Below are positions 18,905-25,767 of a DNA stretch of 61,448 nt, piece by piece. The translations under genes and the position numbers were made by a program. The first letter of the stretch is position 1. The number at the start of each line of letters is the position of its first letter. Source of the DNA: Candidatus Moraniibacteriota bacterium (GTDB taxonomy: Bacteria > Patescibacteriota > Minisyncoccia > Moranbacterales > GCA-2747515); NCBI GenBank assembly GCA_947311515.1, contig CAMZLB010000025.1, forward strand, positions 1-61,448, read 5' to 3'. The notes under the pieces are model-generated. The model did no database searches, was not told where the DNA came from, and saw only the letters and a program-made list of their open reading frames with translations.

Positions 18905-19351
18905 TTGCCATCTCCAGATGGAACAACTATACTAACTATGGAGGCTAACACAACTTATTTTGTGAAAGCTTCTATGGATCGCAGGTACCGACTGGAAGAG
19001 CACGTTTACCCTAATTACATTGGGCTTTTTTATCCAAATGGAGCATGTAGAGGAATGCCGTCTTTGCACTACCCCGCAGATAAACATGTCAAAAAGGAGT
19101 TTGGAGATGTCAAGTGGCGAAAACCATATGAGGCAGTATTAATAGCTCTCGTATGTACCGACAATGATGATGCTAAGCTGAAATGTGAAGTCCTATCTGA
19201 CAGAACAATCGCAATCAGAGGGAAAAAAGGGGAAAAGCTAAAGCTATCCCTAAATTTCCCAATAGAAAATGGTATATATGATAGAAACGAATATGCCAAA
19301 AAATGTTTTAGGGGTGGCTGGCTGATAACGGTCGAAAGCTCCAAGAATTAA
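18905..19351 (+). CDS. Cassette 1 'B' C-terminal domain (unknown ~140-aa domain), same frame as the preceding ORF
   Basis: LPSPDGTTILTMEANTTYFVKASMDRRYRLEEH...RGGWLITVESSKN is homologous to residues ~150-292 of the copy 3 B protein. No SD precedes either TTG 18905 or ATG 18938. Expression therefore needs TAG readthrough or SD-less initiation. Confidence 0.45.
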   Translation: MPSPDGTTILTMEANTTYFVKASMDRRYRLEEHVYPNYIGLFYPNGACRGMPSLHYPADKHVKKEFGDVKWRKPYEAVLIALVCTDNDDAKLKCEVLSDRTIAIRGKKGEKLKLSLNFPIENGIYDRNEYAKKCFRGGWLITVESSKN

Positions 19352-19354
19352 AAT

Positions 19355-19390
19355 AAGAGTAGATACATCGCTATCTACTCTTTTGATTTT
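19355..19390 (+). terminator. Intrinsic terminator of cassette 1
   Basis: Perfect 11-bp stem AAGAGTAGATA / TATCTACTCTT with loop CATCGC, then TTGATTTT. An identical hairpin follows all three cassettes. Confidence 0.7.
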
Positions 19391-19515
19391 GTGATATTTT
19401 TACAAAATTAACAATAAACTTGTCCCTAAATAAGATTTTTAATAGAAATAATCAGTACTTTTATTTCTTGTTTTCTGTTTTGTGTCTAAGATTTAAATAT
19501 TTATAATATAGATAC

Positions 19516-19544
19516 TTTACATGCGTCAATTACCATGATATTAT
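19516..19544 (+). promoter_or_regulatory. Promoter of cassette 2
   Basis: TTTACA, a 17-nt spacer, then TATTAT. Two substitutions relative to the cassette 1 promoter. Confidence 0.55.
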
Positions 19545-19550
19545 CTTATC

Positions 19551-19646
19551 AGGTTAGTTTTTTGATGTATTTAGCAATGGGCTTATACGCGACAGTGACT
19601 TAGTCACAAACTAATCTCAAAGAGCACTTTAACAAAAAGGACGCCT
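19551..19646 (+). promoter_or_regulatory. Conserved structured 5' leader of cassette 2
   Basis: Identical to the cassette 1 leader from the -10 element to the SD, by eye. Includes the same helix, hairpin and uORF (19565..19603). Confidence 0.45.
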
Positions 19647-20657
19647 ATGTTAGACATTCCTAAAATATCTATGATATTAAAATTAATTTTGATATCAGTT
19701 ATGATATTACTCATTCCAGAATATAAAAATATTTTTCTGGATCCGAATATAGATATAATAATATCTTTACTTGCAATTGTCATAATAATTCTATTGACTA
19801 TTAAATCATTAAAGGATTTCTATAGTATTATTGGACTAGAAACTAACGGTCTCAATTTAGGGATCATTTTTCCCCTGATAGTTCCTATAGAAACTGTGTT
19901 ATTAGTACACTCATTTCAAATAGTAGAGAATACTGATGTGCTATTGGCTATTGATTTGATAACTCTCGTACTTAGCGCTTTTGTAATATTTATGATCGAT
20001 TTTAGAAATTTCTTTCTTTTGGAGGAAAATAAGCAATTAACAATTCTCAAAAAAGGAGAGAAAATATCTATTTCAGGTAACCTTTATTTTGAAAGTCTGC
20101 CTATGCATATCATATACAAATATCGCAAAGGATTTTTATGCAAAGTAATAAATTTAGGAAAAAATGAAAAAGAAAAGATAAAGAAATTTTCCTTGCCTTG
20201 TATAAAAAAAGCTATGCTACTAACTATCGCAACAAAAACAAAGGAAGGTATAGAAAAAAAATATTCAGGCTTATCAGTAATGGATTTTTTCTTGAAAAAC
20301 ACGGAACTTACCAATAGAATTCTATTAAATGGTTCATTTTTCGAATCTCATCAAAGATATCACTTGCTACTTCAGGACAATTTGTATATAGATAGTGTAG
20401 TAAAACTATACGACAAACAACACCTTGATAAAAAAAATGTACCTAAAAGTAGGAAACTTAGTTGGTTTACACCAGAAATAGCTCTGGAGTATAAATTGCC
20501 TGTTTTTACAGACGAACAAGCCGACAATTTAATTTCTAATAATATAGGTACAAGTGAACTAGTAAATAATGGCTTGTTGAACAAGTTTTATGAAAACGGT
20601 TTTCAATTTATATATTTTATAATAGGACCTATGAAAGTTTCGGAAAATAATGAATAG
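19647..20657 (+). pseudogene. Cassette 2 'A' paralog with internal deletion of the SPFH-like N-terminal strands and a premature in-frame TAG (probable pseudogene or readthrough-dependent)
   Basis: Lacks ~33 codons present in copy 1 (VPTLHREQLTFMNKILAGKELSEGPSWWFPFVGDRN). A TAT-to-TAG change at 20655..20657 sits where copy 1 reads ...NNEYNGNS. The same frame stays open downstream. Confidence 0.5.
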
Positions 20658-20867
20658 GATGGTAACAGCGCCACCAATCCCGCACCCTCGTCGTCTAATA
20701 ATGGATTTTCAGAGGGACTCAGAAAGATTTTTACATGGATTAAAATGCTAATATTTCTTATCATTGTTTGGGTAATATGGTATTTTTTCAGTGATAATAC
20801 TGATTTCAGTAATAATTTCAGTTCTGATTTTAGTTCTAATTCTACTTCTAGTTCTAGTTCTAACTAG
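20658..20867 (+). other. In-frame open segment of cassette 2 (B-type TM anchor + Ser-rich linker) bounded by two TAG codons
   Basis: Translates as DGNSATNPAPSSSNNGFSEGLRKIFTWIKMLIFLIIVWVIWYFFSDNTDFSNNFSSDFSSNSTSSSSSN followed by TAG (20865..20867). Same frame as 19647 and 20937. Confidence 0.4.
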
Positions 20868-20936
20868 AATCTACCTAGACAACAGATCTTTAAAGACGTA
20901 GTTTTACCATCTCCAGATGGAACAACTATACTAACT

Positions 20937-21356
20937 ATGGAAGCTAACACAACTTATTTTGTGAAAGCTTCTATGGATCGCAGGTACCGACTGGAAGAGC
21001 ACTTTTACCCTAATTTCATTGGACTTTCTTATCCGAATGGAGCGTCTAACGGAATGCCGTCTTCGCTCTACCCAGTAGATAAACGTGTTAAAAAGGGGTT
21101 TGGAGATCTGATAAAGTGGAAAAAACCATATGAGGCTATATACACAGCACTCATATGTACCAACAATGACAATAGTACGGAATTGGAATGTGAAGTCCTA
21201 TCTGACAGAACAATCGCAATCAGAGGAAAAGAAGGGGAAAAGCTAAAGCTATCCATGAATTTTCCAATAGAAAATGGTCTATATAATAGAAACGAATATA
21301 CCAAAAAATACTTAAGGGGTGGCTGGCTGATCACAGTCGAAAGCTCCAAGAATTAA
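20937..21356 (+). CDS. Cassette 2 'B' C-terminal domain (unknown ~140-aa domain)
   Basis: MEANTTYFVKASMDRRYRLEEHFYPNF...RGGWLITVESSKN. Intact ORF, in frame with the upstream segments, no SD. Confidence 0.4.
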   Translation: MEANTTYFVKASMDRRYRLEEHFYPNFIGLSYPNGASNGMPSSLYPVDKRVKKGFGDLIKWKKPYEAIYTALICTNNDNSTELECEVLSDRTIAIRGKEGEKLKLSMNFPIENGLYNRNEYTKKYLRGGWLITVESSKN

Positions 21357-21359
21357 AAT

Positions 21360-21396
21360 AAGAGTAGATACATCGCTATCTACTCTTTTGATTTTT
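21360..21396 (+). terminator. Intrinsic terminator of cassette 2
   Basis: Same AAGAGTAGATA-CATCGC-TATCTACTCTT hairpin plus T tract. Confidence 0.7.
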
Positions 21397-21505
21397 GCAA
21401 CCTAAAAATTCAAACAAAAAAGATGAGCAGTAACTCATCTTTTTAAATTTAGAGCCAATCTACACAATAATCTTTGCAAGTGATTTGATAATTACTAGTG
21501 ATACA
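21397..21505. repeat. Duplication scar: copy of 23990..24098, including a second hairpin and a ~45-bp relic of the pilin gene 3' end
   Basis: TGCAACCTAAAAATTCAAACAAAAAAGATGAGCA.TAACTCATCTTTTTAAATTTAGAGCCAATCTACACAATAATCTTTGCAAGTGATTTGATAATTAC occurs at both places. At 24053+ it encodes the C-terminus (...IIKSLAKIIV*) of a minus-strand pilin. Confidence 0.7.
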
Positions 21506-21640
21506 ATACTATTTCATCAAAGAAGCCTAATTAAATCTAATTTTCTTATTAAATTTTAAGTTTTCAATAAAAATAATTAGCTCTATTCTTTTCCGTATTT
21601 CACTCTATATCTTAGATTTTAAAATTCAAAACATAAACAC

Positions 21641-21669
21641 TTGACTTATTTAAATTATTATGCTATCAT
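21641..21669 (+). promoter_or_regulatory. Promoter of cassette 3
   Basis: TTGACT, a 17-nt spacer, then TATCAT. Confidence 0.55.
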
Positions 21670-21674
21670 ATTTT

Positions 21675-21779
21675 TAGTTTAGTATTTAGTGATGTATTTA
21701 GAATGTTCTACTTACACACTTATAATTTATTATAAAACTAAACTAACTTTCTTTAACAATTGAATAAAAAGGATATAAA
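21675..21779 (+). promoter_or_regulatory. 5' leader of cassette 3 (diverged homologue of the cassette 1/2 leader)
   Basis: Outer helix TAGTTTAGT (21675..21683) / ACTAAACTA (21737..21745): different sequence, same architecture. Conserved GTGATGTATTTAG box. uORF at 21692..21763 (MYLECSTYTLIIYYKTKLTFFNN*). SD AAGGA before the ATG at 21780. Confidence 0.4.
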
Positions 21780-23069
21780 ATGAAATTTTTAGGAATTTTA
21801 TTAAGTATAGCAGCTCTAATATTTGGACTGCTACTAGGTTCAGAGATGTATGCTACGTCAAGTGATATTAGTATTACAACAATGATACTTGGAGACATTC
21901 TACTTTCTGGTTTCTTAGCAGTAAGCACAGTATCTACTCTCTATTTTACATATAAAATAGTTGAGTTAAGTTATAATGGCTTACTACTTGGAGCACTAAC
22001 TTCGTTATTGCTTACAATAGAAACAATAATCATTGTAAATACACTGTTTCCACTAGGACTGCTATTGAACACTGTGGTGTTCGTGTTGCTAGTAGTGTTT
22101 TTCTTTTTCCATGGATACCTGGAGATACCTAACCTCAATAAAGCGCAAATTTTTTTCATAGAGAAAACGTTACCGAGGGGCGAATTAGTGGATGGGCCTG
22201 CGTGGTTCTTCAACATCCCCTCTTTAATAGAGATTAGACTCTTTTTGATGGATGTTAGAACATTAGAACTCTTCAAGGGAGATCCTCTCTCAATATCCCA
22301 TGGGATGAGCTTCAAAACTTCACCTATAAAAGTGACATATAAGCTCAACAATTTAGAGCAGTATATCAAATTGGGTGCAGAAGCAAGAAAAGATTGGGAA
22401 AATTATTTAGTAGACAGTATCAGAAATGCTGCAATACTAATAATAAGTAGCAAAAGTGAAGAAGAACTAAATGAAGAGTATTCAGGTCTAGCATTACTCC
22501 TCATTATGGACTCATTAAAAATGTTCAAGAGAATTATCTTGAATGGAACTTATTTTGAGTCTCATCTAGAATATCCCATACTGAAAAGAGATGAAATGTA
22601 TGAGAAAAAGATACAGGACACATATGCAAATTTAGATGACTTTACAAAAGAGGAGAGTCAAAAAAACAAAATACATATCTTTTCAGATAAACAATGGACA
22701 ATGTTACTAGATTCCAAAAGTGAGGACAACCTACCCAATAGAGGGGTTTTGCATAAAAGCTCAGATATAGGCTTTACGTTGGTGGATATCACTTTTGGAA
22801 ACTTCACATTAGAGGATTCTCTACAAGCTGAAATCCTCAAGAAAAGAAGTGAAGGCCTCCAAAGAGAAGCAGAATTAGCTGACATAACAACACTGGAAAT
22901 GTTAGCTAAAAAAATAGCGTCTTTAGGAATTCCAATTGACAAGGCTACACAACTAGCCATGTTGCGTATGGATACACCAAACCTAAACTACAAAGTAACT
23001 GAAATTTTATCCACATCGGATAAAGTTGACCAAGTTATAGCAGCACTTATAGAAGGAAAAGGAGAATAA
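21780..23069 (+). CDS. Cassette 3 'A' protein: 4-TM N-terminus + SPFH/Band-7-like domain with coiled-coil tail (full-length form)
   Basis: 429 aa. Strings follow SPFH order: GPAWFFNIPSLIEIRLFLMDVRTLELF, IKVTYKLNNLEQYI, YLVDSIRNAAILII, IGFTLVDITFGNFTLEDSLQAEILKKRSEGLQREAELADI. Family call is by eye only. Confidence 0.6.
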   Translation: MKFLGILLSIAALIFGLLLGSEMYATSSDISITTMILGDILLSGFLAVSTVSTLYFTYKIVELSYNGLLLGALTSLLLTIETIIIVNTLFPLGLLLNTVVFVLLVVFFFFHGYLEIPNLNKAQIFFIEKTLPRGELVDGPAWFFNIPSLIEIRLFLMDVRTLELFKGDPLSISHGMSFKTSPIKVTYKLNNLEQYIKLGAEARKDWENYLVDSIRNAAILIISSKSEEELNEEYSGLALLLIMDSLKMFKRIILNGTYFESHLEYPILKRDEMYEKKIQDTYANLDDFTKEESQKNKIHIFSDKQWTMLLDSKSEDNLPNRGVLHKSSDIGFTLVDITFGNFTLEDSLQAEILKKRSEGLQREAELADITTLEMLAKKIASLGIPIDKATQLAMLRMDTPNLNYKVTEILSTSDKVDQVIAALIEGKGE

Positions 23070-23070
23070 A

Positions 23071-23949
23071 ATGATTTACTTAATAATGATGTTAATAATC
23101 ATATTTACGAACAAACCAAACTTTGGATTTGATTCTGTGTTTGAGGATCTTGGATTCAAAAAAGAGCTTGAGGAAGCGGAAAAAGCAAAAAAATCCGCAC
23201 CCTTGTGGTCTAGCAATATAACCAAAATAGCATCTGGATTTATAAAGGGATTAGCAAATCTTTTTCTGTGGATTGCAAAAATGCTAATGTACTTTGCTAT
23301 TGCTTGGGGAATATGGTATTTCTTCAGTCATACTGATTTTAGTTCTAACTTTAGTTCTAGTTCTAGTTCTAGTTCTAGTTCTAATTCTAGTTCTAATTCT
23401 AGTTCTAATTCTAGTTCTAATTCTAGTTCTAGTTCTAGTTCTAGTTTTAGCTCTAGTTCTTACCAGAATATACTTAGACAACAGATCTTTAAAGATATAG
23501 TTTTACCATCTCCAGATGGCACAACTATACTAACTATGGAAGCCAACACAACTTACATTGTAAAGGCTTCTATGGACAGAAGATACAGACTGGAAGAGCA
23601 CTTTGACCCTAATTTCATTGGACTACTTTATCCAAATGGAAAATCTAACGGGAGAAAAATTTCCTCATACCCAGCAGATAACTTTATCAAAAAGGGATTT
23701 GGAGATATAAAGTGGAGAAAACCATATGAAGCAGTATACATAGCACTCATATGTGTCGACAATGACGATGGTAAACTGGAATGTGAGGTCCTATCTGACA
23801 GAACAATCGCAGTTAAAGGAAAGAAAGAAGGAAAACTAAAACTATCCCTAAATTTCCCAATAGAGAATGGTATATATGATAGAAACGAATACCCAAAAAA
23901 ATATTTTAGAGGTGGCTGGCTAATCACAGTCGAAAGCTCCAAGAATTAA
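23071..23949 (+). CDS. Cassette 3 'B' protein: N-terminal hydrophobic segment, TM anchor, ~40-residue poly-Ser/Asn linker, unknown ~140-aa C-terminal domain
   Basis: 292 aa with a strong SD (AAGGAG) 7 nt upstream. The ATG lies 1 nt after the A stop. The C-terminal domain is homologous to 18905..19351 and 20937..21356. Confidence 0.65.
   Translation: MIYLIMMLIIIFTNKPNFGFDSVFEDLGFKKELEEAEKAKKSAPLWSSNITKIASGFIKGLANLFLWIAKMLMYFAIAWGIWYFFSHTDFSSNFSSSSSSSSSSNSSSNSSSNSSSNSSSSSSSSFSSSSYQNILRQQIFKDIVLPSPDGTTILTMEANTTYIVKASMDRRYRLEEHFDPNFIGLLYPNGKSNGRKISSYPADNFIKKGFGDIKWRKPYEAVYIALICVDNDDGKLECEVLSDRTIAVKGKKEGKLKLSLNFPIENGIYDRNEYPKKYFRGGWLITVESSKN
23341..23460 (+). repeat. Hexanucleotide microsatellite (AGTTCT / AGTTCTAATTCT)n encoding the poly-Ser(Asn) linker
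   Basis: About 20 consecutive 6-nt units read directly from the sequence. Both alternative-frame ORFs here (23284..23481 minus, 23294..23500 plus) are artefacts of the repeat. Confidence 0.9.
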
Positions 23950-23952
23950 AAT

Positions 23953-23989
23953 AAGAGTAGATACATCGCTATCTACTCTTTTGATTTTT
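23953..23989 (+). terminator. Intrinsic terminator of cassette 3
   Basis: Same 11-bp perfect hairpin plus T tract as after cassettes 1 and 2. Confidence 0.7.
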
Positions 23990-24008
23990 GCAACCTAAAA
24001 ATTCAAAC

Positions 24009-24038
24009 AAAAAAGATGAGCACTAACTCATCTTTTTA
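24009..24038 (-). terminator. Bidirectional hairpin terminator closing the minus-strand pilin array
   Basis: AAAAGATGAG-CACTAA-CTCATCTTTT flanked by A and T runs, 15 nt downstream of the pilin stop at 24053. Duplicated at 21416..21446. Confidence 0.6.
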
Positions 24039-24052
24039 AATTTAGAGCCAAT

Positions 24053-24679
24053 CTACACAATAATCTTTGCAAGTGATTTGATAATTACCAGCGATATAAG
24101 AGCTATAACTATACCTACAACTGCATATTTGATAGTGTTTTTGCCCATTTCTGCACGCTTTTCATCTCCTGTTGAAGTAATATATATAACCCCACCTACA
24201 ACTATCATGAGCACACTAAGACCTCCTATGAAACTCATGAGGGATTTGAGGACATTTAGTACTATTTCAGAAAGCGTTTTTGCAGCTACAGCTTCAGCTG
24301 GTACTATAGCAGGACTAACATTCATTACATCATATATCTCCTTGAGAAATGATGGAGCCGCAAACGCTAGTGAAACTCCTATGATAGCTGCCCATATAGC
24401 TCCCTTTGCCATACTCATACGCTTTTCATCGCCAGAAGATGTGATATATATAATACCGCCTATCACTATAAATACTATAGCTAGCACACCTATCATCATC
24501 TGAATAGTCTTCAAGATATTTGATAGTAATGCCTCTACAGTATCAAAGGCCAATGGATTTTCAAATTTTATTGGAGTTATTACTACTCCTTGTGCCCCAA
24601 CATCTTGTGGCATTATAAATGAAAAGGCTATAGTTAGTACGATTATAACTGGAAGAGATGTTTTGAATAAACTTTTCAT
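24053..24679 (-). CDS. Internally duplicated (double) TrbC/VirB2-like 'T4SS pilin' family protein
   Basis: Signal peptide (…FIMPQDVGAQG), then two repeats of the pilin unit. Each unit has a TM helix, GG(I/V)IYITS(S/T)GDEKR, and a second TM helix. Confidence 0.65.
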   Translation of the reverse strand: MKSLFKTSLPVIIVLTIAFSFIMPQDVGAQGVVITPIKFENPLAFDTVEALLSNILKTIQMMIGVLAIVFIVIGGIIYITSSGDEKRMSMAKGAIWAAIIGVSLAFAAPSFLKEIYDVMNVSPAIVPAEAVAAKTLSEIVLNVLKSLMSFIGGLSVLMIVVGGVIYITSTGDEKRAEMGKNTIKYAVVGIVIALISLVIIKSLAKIIV

Positions 24680-24700
24680 ATTTTTTAATTTTTGAAATTA

Positions 24701-25108
24701 TTATATTGCTCCGAGAGCTCTAGATACTACATAAACTATGACATAAGCAAGAAGTGCCAAGATTAATCCATATATCGCTGTAGTAAATATCCTCTTCGCC
24801 GTGTCAACTCTGCTTTCATCAGATTCAGAAGTTATATACATCAAACCACTTACAATTATCATAAGTGTTGCAAGACCTCCTAGAAATTGCAATATAAAAC
24901 TTATAATCTTTACGATGACTGTTATTATTTTATCATCAGTGGAGATACCCTTTGGACCTTGAGCATGATTTGGATCTGGTAAGCAAACTCCGTCTACCAG
25001 TGCGTATCCAGGTGTACTAGTACAAGTAAAGGCGCTTGTGTATTGAAAATTTCCCCACAGTGTCAATGCAAATACAAACACTAGCATAGATATAAATTTT
25101 ATTTTCAT
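24701..25108 (-). CDS. TrbC/VirB2-like 'T4SS pilin' family protein
   Basis: Signal peptide, Cys pair (CTSTPGYALVDGVC), TM helix, SGLMYITSESDESRVDTAK, then a second TM helix. Confidence 0.65.
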   Translation of the reverse strand: MKIKFISMLVFVFALTLWGNFQYTSAFTCTSTPGYALVDGVCLPDPNHAQGPKGISTDDKIITVIVKIISFILQFLGGLATLMIIVSGLMYITSESDESRVDTAKRIFTTAIYGLILALLAYVIVYVVSRALGAI

Positions 25109-25184
25109 ATTTTTTATTTAATTTTTATCCATTATCACTCAGATACTTACTTTAGTATACATCAACATATACATAAAACACAAA

Positions 25185-25580
25185 TTACATACCTACAACT
25201 TTTGATACAATATTTACTATAACCCAAGCAAGCAAAACAATGATAAGTCCATATATTACCTGTATAATCATAGTCTTTGCCATTTCAATACGCTTTTCAT
25301 CTCCACCTGATGTTATATATATAATTCCAGCAACGATAAGATACACAACAGCCAACGCAGCCACGAAGCTTAATATAAATTTCATAACTTTCACTATAAC
25401 ACCACTAACCGTAGGACTTGTTTCCTTTCCAACTTTTGTGACTTTTAATCCATCCTCAAAACTAGGAAAACTTTCTGCATTAGCATGCCCTACAAAAGCA
25501 ATTTCACATCCATCAGTAGAGACTGCAAAAACTCCTATAATCAATAAAAGAAAAAAACCTATTTTCATCAAAGATTTCAT
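25185..25580 (-). CDS. TrbC/VirB2-like 'T4SS pilin' family protein
   Basis: Start taken at the ATG at 25580 (MKSLMKIGFF...). Motif AGIIYITSGGDEKRIEMAK lies between two TM helices. Confidence 0.65.
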   Translation of the reverse strand: MKSLMKIGFFLLLIIGVFAVSTDGCEIAFVGHANAESFPSFEDGLKVTKVGKETSPTVSGVIVKVMKFILSFVAALAVVYLIVAGIIYITSGGDEKRIEMAKTMIIQVIYGLIIVLLAWVIVNIVSKVVGM

Positions 25581-25631
25581 ATTTTTATTTTTTAACCTTA
25601 TATTTTTATTATACACGCTTTTGTGCAAAAT

Positions 25632-25662
25632 AAAAACTCTAGTCAATAAGTCTAGGGTTTTT
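25632..25662 (-). terminator. Intrinsic terminator between pilin paralogs
   Basis: Minus strand: AAAAACCCTAG-ACTTATTGA-CTAGAGTTTTT, then ATTTT. Part of a repeated intergenic block. Confidence 0.55.
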
Positions 25663-25767
25663 AGATATATTTTAAAAGCTATTTCAAATCCTACCTTTTT
25701 GTTGAAATATAATAATTCAACTAAAAGTAAGTATTTTCAAAAAACTATTAATAATATTTAACACTTA

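Noticed and set aside
18869-20867. Genome-wide stop-codon reassignment: TAG as a sense codon, or the code 4/25 TGA recoding seen in some CPR lineages such as Gracilibacteria and SR1.
   Set aside because: TAG terminates many conserved genes at their expected ends (nusG, rpoC, vanW, ispE, ispF, proC, the beta-CASP nuclease and the sugar dehydrogenase). TGA ends two ORFs, and no large conserved gene (rpoB, rpoC, valS, pilB) is split by an in-frame TGA. Trp is encoded by TGG. Only local readthrough remains possible.
23284-23500. ORFs encoding (RT)n/(RI)n and (LV)n low-complexity peptides (23284..23481 minus, 23294..23500 plus).
   Set aside because: These are alternative-frame readings of the AGTTCT hexamer microsatellite inside the copy 3 B gene. 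The Ser-frame ORF is continuous with conserved flanking domains.
18905-23949. Diversity-generating retroelement (DGR) as the source of variation among the three B C-terminal domains.
   Set aside because: The window holds no reverse transcriptase, no template-repeat/variable-repeat pair and no adenine-specific substitution pattern. The differences are spread over the whole domain, as in ordinary paralog divergence.
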